DNA of 64,000 nt from an uncultured bacterium (GCA_963729625.1 CAVSOU010000014.1:129350-193349), one strand, 5' to 3'; numbered from the stretch's first letter, positions 41,842-52,086 are shown. Program-made: numbers and translations. The notes: a model not told the origin generated them from the sequence alone.

Positions 41842-42627
41842 TTGTCGAGGTGTTCTGTGTGTACTCTCGCCCCAGCGCAAGTCCCGACGGTTGGTTTCGT
41901 TGGGCGCGATCAGTTGATCCTGCAGTCTGAACCGCTGGTGCGCCGGGCAGTCGGACGATATATGGTGAGGCGGAGCGGGATAATGGATCCTGAGGACGTC
42001 TATAGTTGCGGCACGATGGGCCTGATCGATGCAGTCGATCGCTACGACCGGACTCGTGGCGTGAGGTTTGAGACGTACGCCGTGACCCGCATTCGCGGAT
42101 ACCTCGTCGACCAGTTGCGGGCAATGGATTGGCTGCCACGGTCGGCGCGAGCCAACGTGCGCCTCGTGCAGAGTGCCTCAACGCAACTCGAAGAGCATCT
42201 GGGGCGCAAGCCGGATCCATCCGAGCTGTCCGCTCAGACCGGGCTGCCCAACTCTGCGTGTAGCCAGGCTTTGGTTGACGGGTCGTGCAGAGTGCTATCA
42301 CTTGATGCGATCGCACCGGACTCCGACGATGCGTCAGGCCCCGTGGTGCGGCATCTCGAGGACGAGAGCGTCCCAAATCCCGCCACTGCTGCCGAGCGGC
42401 GCGAGCTACGGCAGGGCGTGGCGCGCGCGCTGCGCGGGCTGCCGCCTCGCGAGGGCGTCGTGCTGCGGCTCAAGTATGTGAACAGCTGGACGTGTCGCCA
42501 GATTGCCGCCCGCCTGGACGTGTCGGAATCACGCGTGAGCCAATTACACAACCAGGGGCTCGCGCGGATGCGCAGGATGCTGGTGGCGGACTTCGGTGAC
42601 CTTTCGTCCGAGCAGGTCATCGCCTGA
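41842..42627 (+). CDS. FliA/WhiG (sigma-28) family RNA polymerase sigma factor
   Basis: GLIDAVDRYD..RGVRFETYAVTRIRG..VDQLR.MDWLPRS; VSESRVSQLH. Confidence 0.9.
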   Translation: MSRCSVCTLAPAQVPTVGFVGRDQLILQSEPLVRRAVGRYMVRRSGIMDPEDVYSCGTMGLIDAVDRYDRTRGVRFETYAVTRIRGYLVDQLRAMDWLPRSARANVRLVQSASTQLEEHLGRKPDPSELSAQTGLPNSACSQALVDGSCRVLSLDAIAPDSDDASGPVVRHLEDESVPNPATAAERRELRQGVARALRGLPPREGVVLRLKYVNSWTCRQIAARLDVSESRVSQLHNQGLARMRRMLVADFGDLSSEQVIA

Positions 42628-42644
42628 GGGTCCTGCCGATCACC

Positions 42645-43697
42645 TCACTCGCCTGCACCGAACAACATGGCCTGCACGGTGCTGGCCTCGCGCTTCGGCG
42701 GTGTCAGGCCGAGGTGCACGTATGCCAGGTCGGTAGCAACTCGTCCACGTGGAGTGCGCTGAATGAACCCAAGCTGCAGCAGATACGGCTCATAGACATC
42801 TTCGATGGTGTCGGACTCCTCGTTGGTGGCGGCGGCCAGCGTATCCAGCCCCACCGGTCCGCCCGCGAATTTGCGCACGATAGTATCCAGCAATCGGCGA
42901 TCCGTCGCGTCGAGCCCGAGGCTATCGACCTCCAGCATGCCAAGCGCCTGGTGGGCCACGTCTCGCGTGACGTGGCCTTCGGCACGAATCTGCGCGTAGT
43001 CTCGCACGCGCTTTAGCAGCCGGTTGGCGACACGCGGCGTTCCGCGGCTGCGCAGCGCGATCTCGCCGGCCCCGGCGTCGTCGATGGGCACTCTCAAGAT
43101 CGCCGCTCCGCGCCGGACGATCTCCTCGATGGCACTCAGCTCATAGAACTCAAGGTGACAGTGCACGCCGAAGCGGTCGCGCAGCGGGCTGCTGATCAGT
43201 CCGAGCCGCGTGGTGGCGCCGACAAGCGTGAAGCGATTGAGCCCTAGGCGCATCGTGCGCGCGCTTGGCCCCTTGCCAATGATGAAGTCGACGGCGAAGT
43301 CCTCCATAGCCGGATACAGGATTTCCTCGATCACTCGGTTCAACCGATGAATCTCGTCTATGAACAGGATGTCGCCTTCGTCCAGATTAGTCAGTATCGC
43401 GACGGCATCCCCCGGGCGCTCAAAAGCAGGTCCGGACGTTATTCGCCTGTTGACGCCCATCTCGGTGGCCATGATGCCAGCCAGGGTTGTCTTGCCAAGA
43501 CCCGGTGGCCCGTAGAGCAAGATGTGGTCGAGCGGCTCCTTTCTAGCTCTCGCGGCCTCGATCAGGAGGCGAAGATTCGCCTTGACCTTATCCTGACCGA
43601 TGTACTCCGACAACCTGTTAGGCCGCAGGCTCAGCTCGGTGGCGGCTTCCTCAGGCTGCTTGTAGGGTGTCAGCAGCCGCTCTTCTTCTCTATCCAT
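42645..43697 (-). CDS. ruvB: Holliday junction helicase RuvB
   Basis: [44 protein letters not shown]. Confidence 0.97.
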   Translation of the reverse strand: MDREEERLLTPYKQPEEAATELSLRPNRLSEYIGQDKVKANLRLLIEAARARKEPLDHILLYGPPGLGKTTLAGIMATEMGVNRRITSGPAFERPGDAVAILTNLDEGDILFIDEIHRLNRVIEEILYPAMEDFAVDFIIGKGPSARTMRLGLNRFTLVGATTRLGLISSPLRDRFGVHCHLEFYELSAIEEIVRRGAAILRVPIDDAGAGEIALRSRGTPRVANRLLKRVRDYAQIRAEGHVTRDVAHQALGMLEVDSLGLDATDRRLLDTIVRKFAGGPVGLDTLAAATNEESDTIEDVYEPYLLQLGFIQRTPRGRVATDLAYVHLGLTPPKREASTVQAMLFGAGE

Positions 43698-43904
43698 CGA
43701 TCTCTCGGGAGCAATGGCTGTCCTGCTGGCGTTTCAGGCGCGCGGCACCGGGCCAGGTCCGAGATCCGCTCAGGGAGGACCCGAGCACGTTCAGCCGCTC
43801 GCACGCTGCAGGCGACATCACGGTGGATCCACGAGCACCGTGCGGCCGACCTTCACAGACACCGGCAGAGCCCTCGCTGACCTGCGTTAGCGTACTCGGC
43901 CACA

Positions 43905-44285
43905 TCAGGCCGGTGGCCTTGCACGCGTGAGGTATCTCACGCCGACATAGATAATGGCAACGAGCGCCACACCAGGGAGCACAAAATGAATCAGGGTACT
44001 GACAAGCCAATTCAATAGCATCCACAGCGCAAAGATTGCTACAACTGCCGTGATACCACCGACAATCAGCCGATTCTGCATGGTGTTCGGCATCACTCCC
44101 GCAAGCAGTTCATGCGCCGCCGGCCGCGTTTGGGTTACGTGCATGCGCGCCGGAAGCTGCGAGCCGGACGGCCCGTGCACCTTGGCGGTTGGGAGCAGTG
44201 CCCTCTCCGGCAGAGACGCGCCGCACTCATGACAGTAGCGTTGATCCGCTTTCTGAATCTCCGCTCCGCACGTGGCACAGTTCAT
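43905..44285 (-). CDS. Zinc-ribbon membrane protein
   Basis: MNCATCG...YCHECG followed by two TM helices. Confidence 0.75.
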   Translation of the reverse strand: MNCATCGAEIQKADQRYCHECGASLPERALLPTAKVHGPSGSQLPARMHVTQTRPAAHELLAGVMPNTMQNRLIVGGITAVVAIFALWMLLNWLVSTLIHFVLPGVALVAIIYVGVRYLTRARPPA

Positions 44286-44301
44286 GGTTACGCTCCGCTG
44301 C

Positions 44302-44805
44302 TTAACCTGGCGATGAGTCGGCCGGGAGCTGCTGGAACCCTCGCGCAAGCATATCGTAGCAGCTTTCAAGCGACTGGGGCATGACGCGCGTGTCGCCGAT
44401 CACCGGCATGAAGTTGGTGTCACCATTCCACCGCGGCACCACGTGCACGTGCACGTGATCGACGATGCCGGCGCCGGCAGCGGCGCTCTGGTTGATGCCA
44501 ATGTTGAACCCCTGGGGACGCATGGCGCGGCGGACGATTGTCACCGCTTCCTGCACCAGTGTCATTATCTCCATCGCGATGTCGCGGGATAGCAGCTCGA
44601 TACTGGGAACGTGGTCATACGGTACGACCATCAGATGCCCGTTGTTATAGGGGTAGATGTTGAGCACGGCATAGCAATACGCACCGCGATAGAGGATGAA
44701 ATTCTCGCTGTCGCGATTCTCAGCCGGCTTGGTGCAGAACACGCACCCTTTTGGCTTCTCGGCCATCACGTAGCCGATGCGCCAGGGCGCCCAGAGCGTC
44801 TCCAT
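44302..44805 (-). CDS. HIT-domain hydrolase (Ap4A phosphorylase-like)
   Basis: LWAPWR, CVFC, NIYPYNNGH, HVHVHVVPRW.GD.NFM. Confidence 0.93.
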   Translation of the reverse strand: METLWAPWRIGYVMAEKPKGCVFCTKPAENRDSENFILYRGAYCYAVLNIYPYNNGHLMVVPYDHVPSIELLSRDIAMEIMTLVQEAVTIVRRAMRPQGFNIGINQSAAAGAGIVDHVHVHVVPRWNGDTNFMPVIGDTRVMPQSLESCYDMLARGFQQLPADSSPG

Positions 44806-44920
44806 TGTCTCCAGATGATACCACGCACCGGGCTTCTCCGCGGGTCCAAGCGTTCATGGGACCGCGCATCGCAGTCCGGGGGCGCCAATCATGCTATCCG
44901 AATAGGCTAGGCCTGCGCCA

Positions 44921-44949
44921 TTGCGCCACTCTGACATGTTTGCTAGCAT
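44921..44949 (+). promoter_or_regulatory. Sigma-70-type promoter of the response regulator
   Basis: TTGCGC(44921)-17 nt-TAGCAT(44944) with extended TG; AGGAGG RBS at 44961. Confidence 0.55.
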
Positions 44950-44971
44950 GGGCTCAGTCCAGGAGGAAACG

Positions 44972-45661
44972 ATGAATGCTGGCATCGCTGCCGAGTCTAT
45001 CCCGCTGCTGATCGTCGACGACCACCCAGTTGTGCGTCACGGACTGCAAGCCATTCTGCAGACAGATCCGACGCTCGACGTGGTCGGAGAGGCGGAAGAC
45101 GGGCTGGATGCGCTCGAGAAAGTGGCATTGCTGCATCCGCGCGTCGTTCTGATGGACGTGCATATGCCCAAGATGGACGGCCTCGCTGCGACACGACGGA
45201 TCAAGGAGCGCTTTCCGCGGGTGGCCGTGGTCATACTCACGCTCTATAACAACGAGCAGTACGTCGTGGAGGCCGTGAAGGCCGGCGCGGCCGGATACCT
45301 GTTGAAGACCTCAACGCGCGACGAAATCAGCAGCACCATCCACGAAGTCAATTCGGGTGGGATGCTCATTCGTAGCTCCACGCTGCATAAGGCGCTCGCC
45401 GGTACCGTGGAGTCGGGCGATGGCGTTGGCTACACGATGCGCGCGTGGGGCGAAGGCGGCGAGATTGAGAGGCTGAGCCCTCGCGAGCTCGACGTGTTGC
45501 GCCTGGTAGTCGAGGGTATGACCAACAAGGATCTCGGCGCCACACTGTACATTACCGAAGACACGGCGAAGAAGCACGTGCAGAACATCATCGCGAAACT
45601 GCAAGTGTCGGATCGCACGCAGGCAGCGGTCAAAGCACTGCGCCTTGGCCTGGTGAAATAG
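44972..45661 (+). CDS. NarL/LuxR family response regulator (no kinase nearby)
   Basis: IVDDH, LMDVHMP, YLLK; LSPRELDVL...NK..G...TAKKHV. Confidence 0.95.
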   Translation: MNAGIAAESIPLLIVDDHPVVRHGLQAILQTDPTLDVVGEAEDGLDALEKVALLHPRVVLMDVHMPKMDGLAATRRIKERFPRVAVVILTLYNNEQYVVEAVKAGAAGYLLKTSTRDEISSTIHEVNSGGMLIRSSTLHKALAGTVESGDGVGYTMRAWGEGGEIERLSPRELDVLRLVVEGMTNKDLGATLYITEDTAKKHVQNIIAKLQVSDRTQAAVKALRLGLVK

Positions 45662-45803
45662 GGACGCGTCCGCAGCCGTCCGCGACCCATGCAACCTCCA
45701 TCGCGACCACAAGCAGAACTGCGCACATTCGGCTTCCATCGGCTTTCACGCCCCGGCCACGGGCTCGGGCTCAAGGCGCGTCAGTCCCGATGGAGCACCG
45801 GGC

Positions 45804-47162
45804 TCACGCTTCAGCCCAGAGACCGCGTTCGTCCATGCGAACGAGGCGGCAGCGTTCAAGCGTATTTCGCCGTTCCGCACAAGCGTGAGAATAGACGTTG
45901 AGGTAGTTGCTCGTTAACCCATGCCACACGCCGTGCTCTCGCTCCTCCCACAGCACCGCTTGTGTCGAGCCGAGGAACTGCCGGTGGAACCTCGCCTTCC
46001 CCTCCGCCGCCAACACGCGTATGCGCTCGCTCCGCTCTGCTTTCACGCCGTCGGCTATCTGGTCTGGCATCCGAGCCGCGACCGTTCCGGGTCTAGGCGA
46101 ATAGCGGAACACGTGGATACCGGCGAAGTCCAGCTTCCTGACCATGGTGATGGTCTGCTCGAAGCTCGCGTCGTCCTCGCCGGGGAAGCCGACCAACAGG
46201 TCGGTTGTTACCGCGAGATCGGTCACCGCAGAGCGAGCGATGGCGATCAGCTCCTCGTACTCGGCCATGACGTAATGCCGGCGCATGGACCGCAGAATCT
46301 CATCGCTGCCGCTCTGCATAGGGACGTGGAGATGGCGGCACAGGCGCGGGTCGCGCCAAAGGTCGAACCATGCAGGCTGCAGATCCTGTGGCTCGATACT
46401 GCTGATCCTGACGCGAACACGGGTGGTGTGGCGAAGCAGCTCGACCAGCAGCGTCGCCAGAGTCGGGGCACCCGGAAGGTCGCGCCCGTAGCTTCCAATA
46501 AGGATCCCGGTAAGCACTATCTCGCGGTACCCGTACGATTCAAGTGCCTGCGCGGCGGCAACCGCCTCGGCCAGCGGAACGCTGCGCGGGCCGCCGCGAG
46601 CACGCGGAATTATGCAAAATGTGCAACCGGCATTACAGCCATCCTGGATCTTGAGCGTGGCCCGTGTGCGCTGTTGGTCGGCGCCCACGGCGACAGGGAG
46701 CAGCGGCGCTGGGAGCCCGGCTCGTCCGGCACGCGGGAGCGTGGGCGCCGGCGCCATCGAGCCGACGGTACAGCTCCGCCGAAGCGCGAGCTCATCATCG
46801 ACGATGTCGACGAGCCGATCCTTGTCGCGATTCGGAACGACGAGGAGATTGCCGGGAAGCAGGTTGCCCAGGTTGCGATTGGCGACGGAGACGTAGCACC
46901 CGGTGGCGGCCACCAGCGCAAGCGGATTGGCCCGTGCAGCCTGCCGAATCTCCTGCCGTGACTTCCGATCAGCGATGCTGGTGACGGTGCACGTATTGAC
47001 GACATAGACATCTGCCTCATCCTCGAACCGCACGATCTGGTACCCACGGTGCAGAAAACTCGACATAAAGCTCTCGGTCTCGCTTGAGTTCACCTTGCAG
47101 CCGAGGGTGGAGAAGGCCACGCGGCAGGGCTCAGCACGTGGGGTCGACGGATTCTCCAGCAC
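45804..47162 (-). CDS. mtaB: tRNA t6A37 methylthiotransferase MtaB
   Basis: TLGCKVN..E, NTCTVT..AD.KSRQ, KIQDGCNAGCTFC (radical SAM), HVFRYSPRPGT; GTG start at 47162. Confidence 0.92.
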   Translation of the reverse strand: MLENPSTPRAEPCRVAFSTLGCKVNSSETESFMSSFLHRGYQIVRFEDEADVYVVNTCTVTSIADRKSRQEIRQAARANPLALVAATGCYVSVANRNLGNLLPGNLLVVPNRDKDRLVDIVDDELALRRSCTVGSMAPAPTLPRAGRAGLPAPLLPVAVGADQQRTRATLKIQDGCNAGCTFCIIPRARGGPRSVPLAEAVAAAQALESYGYREIVLTGILIGSYGRDLPGAPTLATLLVELLRHTTRVRVRISSIEPQDLQPAWFDLWRDPRLCRHLHVPMQSGSDEILRSMRRHYVMAEYEELIAIARSAVTDLAVTTDLLVGFPGEDDASFEQTITMVRKLDFAGIHVFRYSPRPGTVAARMPDQIADGVKAERSERIRVLAAEGKARFHRQFLGSTQAVLWEEREHGVWHGLTSNYLNVYSHACAERRNTLERCRLVRMDERGLWAEA

Positions 47163-47335
47163 GCCTACGTCTCCCAGCAGAGTGGCGGAGTCCAAAGTGC
47201 GTGTTGCCGGCAGAAGACACGCACGACGCCCCGGCAGCAGCATGAGGTCGTTGCGGTCGACATAGCATGCATGATAGCGAAAAGGTCTCTGTCACGGATT
47301 CTGCAGGAGTCCGAGCACAGAATTGGGCTAGGTAG

Positions 47336-47357
47336 TGGTGATCCCAGCCGGTCTTGA
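47336..47357 (-). mobile_element. Degenerate tRNA 3'-end copy; candidate att site at the left end of an island
   Basis: Minus strand reads TCAAGACCGGCTGGGATCACCA: a T-loop-like stretch, an acceptor 3' strand and CCA. It resembles tRNA-Glu-type ends and has no tRNA 5' half upstream. Confidence 0.6.
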
Positions 47358-47397
47358 GGCGTATCGCTTTGATCCCGCGCCGGGCCGTGGACCCGTG

Positions 47398-47460
47398 CTA
47401 CGCGACCGTCGGCGAAATGCGCCGCAGCAGGGCCAGGTTGTGGGTGGCGTGTCTCGTGTG
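47398..47460 (-). pseudogene. Possible transposase C-terminal remnant (ISAs1-like)
   Basis: HTRHATHNLALLRRISPTVA* resembles the NLAxLRRxA tail of ISAs1 transposases; very short. Confidence 0.3.
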
Positions 47461-47887
47461 CACCAGCAGAAGCCCAACGTGTGGCCCGCGAGCGGCGCTC
47501 ATTCGCTTCGGCATGAGTTCAGCTCACGGCGTCCACTCGACACGCCCCTCGGGCAGTGCCGACATGCACATAGGCCCGTCAGCAGTCGAACACCGACGAG
47601 CAGACGTCGTTTCGTTGCCGCTGATGATCCAGGACCGGTTCGCGGATCGCGTCAGGGGGCTGGTCGCGCTGCCAGCGACACTCGAGCCGCACGGAGCTCT
47701 CACCCTCGCCTTCAGGGGGGTGCGCGCGCCGCCTTGATCGGATAGGCCGCTGCTCCGAGCGCGTGCGCGGCGACGTGCGCCACCGCCGCGGCCTGACCGG
47801 CAGCATGGCGATTGCCAGGCCTCCGAGCGTGGCATTGGGACGCTCGCATGCATGCCTGGACCTCGGGAACAGCTCCAGGCAACTTTG

Positions 47888-47904
47888 TTATTGTGATACA
47901 ATAA
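47888..47904. promoter_or_regulatory. Palindromic operator, likely MarR site
   Basis: TTATTGT-GAT-ACAATAA, AT-rich in a GC-rich context, overlapping -10-like TACAAT/TAATGT upstream of the MFS-marR operon. Confidence 0.65.
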
Positions 47905-49361
47905 TGTTTGTGGCAACGGTGAGCTCCTTTCGTGTTGATCGTGACGCGCAGCGCCGATCCGTGGTGCTGGTCACGTGTTGTCTGAGCATATTCATCGCGG
48001 GCCTCGACGTGACGATCGTCAACGTCGCCCTCCCGTCAATCCAGGGAGCGCTGCACGCGTCGGTGAGCGGTCTGCAGTGGACGATCGATGCCTACACCCT
48101 CGTTATTGCGTGCCTGCTCATGCTCTCGGGCTCGCTCGCGGACCGCTTCGGCCGCCGCCGAGTCTTTCAGATCGGGCTGGGGGCGTTCTCGCTCGGGTCG
48201 CTGCTGTGCAGCCTGGCTCCGTCGCTCGGGTGGCTGATCGCGTTTCGCGGACTGCAGGCCGTCGGCGGGTCGATGCTCAACCCGGTGGCCATGTCGATCA
48301 TCGCCAACACGTTCACCGACCGCGCCGGGCGCGCGAAGGCGATCGGCCTGTGGGGATCGGTGGCCGGACTCAGCCTCGCCAGCGGCCCGCTGCTCGGGGG
48401 CCTGCTGGTCAGCGGGATCGGGTGGCGCTCGATCTTCTGGATCAACGTTCCCGTCGGCGTGATCGCGATCGCGCTGACGCAACGGTTCGTGCCCGAGTCG
48501 CGGGCCGAGCGGCCCCGACGGCTTGACCCTCCCGGTCAGCTGCTGGTGATCGCGCTGTTGGGCTGCCTGACCGCCGGGATCATCGAGGGACCACGCAGCG
48601 GCTGGGGCTCGGCGCCGATCGTCGCCCTGTTCGCAATTGCCGTGTTCGCGGCGATCGCGCTGATCGCGCTGGAGTCCCGGCGACGTGAACCGTTGATCGA
48701 CCTGCGGTATTTCCGCAGCGCGCCGTTCTCCGGCGCGGCGCTGATCGGGGTGGTCGCGCTCGCGTCCACCGGCGGCTTTCTGTTCCTCAACACGCTGTAT
48801 CTGCAGGATGTCCGCGGCTTCAGCGCGCTGCACGCCGGATTGCTTACGATCCCGATGGCCGCGATGGCAGGCGTGTTCTCCACTGTCTCCGGGCGGCTGG
48901 TGGCCAGACGTGGGCCGCAGCCTGCGCTGATCGTGTCGGGGGTGTTAATCGCCGTGGGCGCGATCCTGCTGATCGGCCTGGACGCGCACACCACAGTGTG
49001 GTATCTGATCGTCGCCTACCTCGTCTTCGGTGCCGGTTCGGGCCTGGTCAACGCTCCGATTACCAACACCGCACTTTCGGGCATGCCCCGAGACCAGGCC
49101 GGCGTCGCCGGCGCGATCGCCTCCACCTGTCGCCAGACCGGCGCGGCCCTCGGCGTCGCGGTCACCGGCGCGATCATCGCCGCCAGCTCGGCAGGCTTCG
49201 TGCTCGCCAGCCACGCAGCGTGGGCAGTGGTGGCCGGTTGTGGTGTGATGGTCATGCTGCTCGGCATCGTCTCGACCGGACGCTGGGCGCTGGCGACCGC
49301 GGAGCGAAACAACGCGCGCCTGGCCACTGACCTAAGCCCCGCCCCGAAAGGAGCCCAATGA
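47904..49361 (+). CDS. DHA2 (EmrB/QacA) MFS efflux transporter
   Basis: LDVTIVNVALPSI, GSLADRFGRRR, FRGLQAVGG, WRSIFWINVP; about 14 TM helices. Alternative GTG start at 47919. Confidence 0.93.
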   Translation: MFVATVSSFRVDRDAQRRSVVLVTCCLSIFIAGLDVTIVNVALPSIQGALHASVSGLQWTIDAYTLVIACLLMLSGSLADRFGRRRVFQIGLGAFSLGSLLCSLAPSLGWLIAFRGLQAVGGSMLNPVAMSIIANTFTDRAGRAKAIGLWGSVAGLSLASGPLLGGLLVSGIGWRSIFWINVPVGVIAIALTQRFVPESRAERPRRLDPPGQLLVIALLGCLTAGIIEGPRSGWGSAPIVALFAIAVFAAIALIALESRRREPLIDLRYFRSAPFSGAALIGVVALASTGGFLFLNTLYLQDVRGFSALHAGLLTIPMAAMAGVFSTVSGRLVARRGPQPALIVSGVLIAVGAILLIGLDAHTTVWYLIVAYLVFGAGSGLVNAPITNTALSGMPRDQAGVAGAIASTCRQTGAALGVAVTGAIIAASSAGFVLASHAAWAVVAGCGVMVMLLGIVSTGRWALATAERNNARLATDLSPAPKGAQ

Positions 49362-49801
49362 TGACCACCCGATCCGCCACGCCGCCAGACACCGCATCCC
49401 GCGTGTGGATCGCCCTGCACGAGTTCGTCACCGGACAGGACCGCCGGCGTGCCCTCCGCGCCGCCCTCGATCTCGGGCCCGCGAAGGTCGAGCTGCTGAC
49501 CAAGCTCGCCGACGGTCCGATGACCCTGCGAGAGATCGTTCACGCCTTCGACATCGACCCGCCAGCCGCGACCGTCGGCGTGGACAAGCTCGAAGCGCGA
49601 GGCCTGGTCCATCGCACCCCCCACCCCGACGACAACCGCCGCAAGCTCGTGCACCTCACCGACGCCGGACGCGACGCGGCCCAACGCGGCCGGGCGATCC
49701 TCAATGAGCCACCGCCCGCATTGACCAACCTGGACTCTGACGACCTCGCCCGGCTTGACGAGATCCTCACCCGACTACAGACCAACAGGAGAAAGTTATG
49801 A
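49358..49801 (+). CDS. MarR family transcriptional regulator
   Basis: VDKLEARGLVHR.PHPDDNRRKLVHLTDAG. Confidence 0.92.
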   Translation: MMTTRSATPPDTASRVWIALHEFVTGQDRRRALRAALDLGPAKVELLTKLADGPMTLREIVHAFDIDPPAATVGVDKLEARGLVHRTPHPDDNRRKLVHLTDAGRDAAQRGRAILNEPPPALTNLDSDDLARLDEILTRLQTNRRKL

Positions 49802-49847
49802 GTTCGACAACCGCGACCCGTCCCGGCTCACCCAGGAGGGCCCGCCG

Positions 49848-50567
49848 ATGATCCGCACGCTGGGAACGGAATTCGGGCACTTCTTCCTGCTCGAGCAAGA
49901 CGGTGAGGTCACCCTCATCGACGCCGGCCTACGCGGCTACCGCGACACCTTGGAGCCCGCCTTGGCCGATATGGGCCGCTCGATCGACGACGTCAAGGCG
50001 ATCGTCCTGACCCACGCCGACCCCGACCACGTCGGATTCGCCGGCGAGCTGCACAAGACGCACGGGATCCCAGTCTACGTCCATCGAGCGGACAGCGAGC
50101 GCACCCGGCAGGGCACGTTCAAGCACGCCGAGGGATCACCCCTGGCCATGCTCAAGATGCTCAAGCACGGCCATAGCCGCCGGGCGCTGCGCCACATGAT
50201 CGCCAACGGAGGCGCCAAACAGTCCAAGGTCTCGGAGGTCATCGCTTTCGACGACGGCGACGAGCTCGACGTGCCAGGCCGACTGCAGGTGATTCATACC
50301 CCCGGGCACACTGAGGGCCACTGCGTCCTCTACGCCCCAGCCGAGGGCGCCCTGTTCGTCGGAGACGCCATCAACAACATCGACATCGTCACCGGACAGC
50401 CCGGCGCGCACATCGCGCCTAAGTCCGCCAACACCTCCACCAACCAGGCATACGAATCGCTGTCCAGGATCGCGGAGTTGGAGGCTCGCATCGTGTACTT
50501 CGGCCACGGCGACCCATCCACGCAAGGAACCCGCGCGATCGTTGCCGAGGCCCGCGCCAAACGCTGA
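49848..50567 (+). CDS. MBL-fold metallo-hydrolase
   Basis: LIDAG, THADPDHVG, TPGHTEGH, GDA, FGHG; AGGAGG RBS. Confidence 0.9.
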   Translation: MIRTLGTEFGHFFLLEQDGEVTLIDAGLRGYRDTLEPALADMGRSIDDVKAIVLTHADPDHVGFAGELHKTHGIPVYVHRADSERTRQGTFKHAEGSPLAMLKMLKHGHSRRALRHMIANGGAKQSKVSEVIAFDDGDELDVPGRLQVIHTPGHTEGHCVLYAPAEGALFVGDAINNIDIVTGQPGAHIAPKSANTSTNQAYESLSRIAELEARIVYFGHGDPSTQGTRAIVAEARAKR

Positions 50568-50704
50568 CCAACGCCGCGGCACAGCGGCATCTCGATCCGC
50601 CATTGGGGCGATCTCGGCAGGCCTGGACGGCCGAGCAGATGCGCGTCTTCCTAGCGCCAAGATGTCATCGATCTGCCGGTAGATATCGCGGAGGTCACTG
50701 AGGT

Positions 50705-50866
50705 ACGCTGTATACCCTCGCCCAGTCGTGGTCGTCCACCTGCCGTGTCACGATCGCCGGCTACCAGGCCGCACCCGGATGGGATCCCGCATCCGGCTGG
50801 GGAAGCCCCAACGCGCGGGTGCTCATCCCGCTGCTGGCCCGCCTCACCAACCCCAGCAATACCTAG
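50705..50866 (+). pseudogene. S53 (sedolisin/kumamolisin) peptidase C-terminal remnant
   Basis: TLYTLAQS...VTIAGYQAAPGWDPASGWGSPNARVLIPLL*; the GWDxxxGWGSP Ca-binding tail, with no N-terminal part. Confidence 0.65.
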
Positions 50867-51306
50867 CCGGATCATCGAGGAGTAGGCTGCTCGAGCCGTC
50901 GCTCCGAACCGTCCGCGTACTAGCCAACGTCTCCGAGGCCAGCCCGCTCGGTCTCCAGCGTCGATCTCAGGTTCGGTGCCCAAGGCGCCGAGGAAAGGCT
51001 CGAGCTAGCTTTGTACGTGCCGGGATCACGAGAACTGCGGTCGAAGTGCGCGGCGAGCTGGGCCTGGAGGGCGTCGTGCAGCGTGACGCATCTCATGGGC
51101 ACACGAGAACTGGTGACCATCTATGGCGAACCTACCAAGAAAACCGCTATACCGGCGATCCCAAGTATATCGACCGCATCGCGGTCGGGCTCGTTCGGAT
51201 CAGCCGCCTACGGTCTCGGACCGTCATCGAAACAACAGGCTAGACGGAATGCGTTGCGACAGCTATAGTTGGGTTCGTATCGTGGCAGATACCATGGAGG
51301 TGATGT

Positions 51307-52086
51307 ATGGCCAACCTTGGCGCGAGCTCAGCGGCGGTTCGGCGTCTTGCACTGCTGACGTGCGCGGCGTTTCTTGCTATCATTCCGGTGGTGCCAGCGG
51401 CGCACGCGACGGTGTTTCGCCAGCAACTCTGGAGCGGCACCCTCTCTTCTTCCACTGTGATGAGCACATCTCAGAAGCAACCTGCCGAGGTTGCGCTGGC
51501 CTACGGCGTGCTCACGGGTACCGAGACGACGACCGATAAAGTCACTGAGTCGCTGGTGATTCATGTCGATCACGGTGTGGCAACGGGAACATTCTCCTAC
51601 ATGGGAGTAGTGGCAGAGCGAACCACGGTACAGGGGAAGGTGAGCTGCCGCCACCAGGGGTGGAAACGAGTTACGCGGTCCCAAACCTCCACGCAGACCG
51701 TGACACGGGTCTATCACGGCAGCAGCCATGTCTCGTTTGGTGTTGGCGCTGCAGACAGTCTGGACGGCGCCTATACGATCTCATCCGGAGCACCGACGGG
51801 AAAGGGCACAGTCACGATCAGCTCAATCTCGCAAGTACAGGATCCGTGCTCCGGCAAGGCCGCTCCGCCGACTACGCCCACACCGCAGAGTTATGCTGAC
51901 ACGCTGGGCGGTTTCGAGGTAAGCGCGACCGGCCACCTCGAACGGAACGCGAAGCACCAATACCCCAGTATGGATGCAATGCGCGTGCTCACGGGCAAGG
52001 TTATCACGTATTTGCCGGCAGACCATGGTACAAATATCCAAACGCAGCAATGGTCGCTGACGCGGGCATCGGCACCCGATAGCTGA
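51307..52086 (+). CDS. Secreted Thr/Ser-rich hypothetical protein (paralog A)
   Basis: GGAGGTGA RBS; Sec signal ending AHA; beta-strand-like periodicity; two Cys in the mature part. Confidence 0.8.
   Translation: MANLGASSAAVRRLALLTCAAFLAIIPVVPAAHATVFRQQLWSGTLSSSTVMSTSQKQPAEVALAYGVLTGTETTTDKVTESLVIHVDHGVATGTFSYMGVVAERTTVQGKVSCRHQGWKRVTRSQTSTQTVTRVYHGSSHVSFGVGAADSLDGAYTISSGAPTGKGTVTISSISQVQDPCSGKAAPPTTPTPQSYADTLGGFEVSATGHLERNAKHQYPSMDAMRVLTGKVITYLPADHGTNIQTQQWSLTRASAPDS

Noticed and set aside
4374-49684. Long overlapping ORFs (for example 4374-5477, 11902-12885, 23708-24712, 35596-36534, 45921-46961, 48036-48833)
   Set aside because: They are antisense or alternate-frame shadows of well-supported genes, expected in GC-rich DNA, and carry no motifs.
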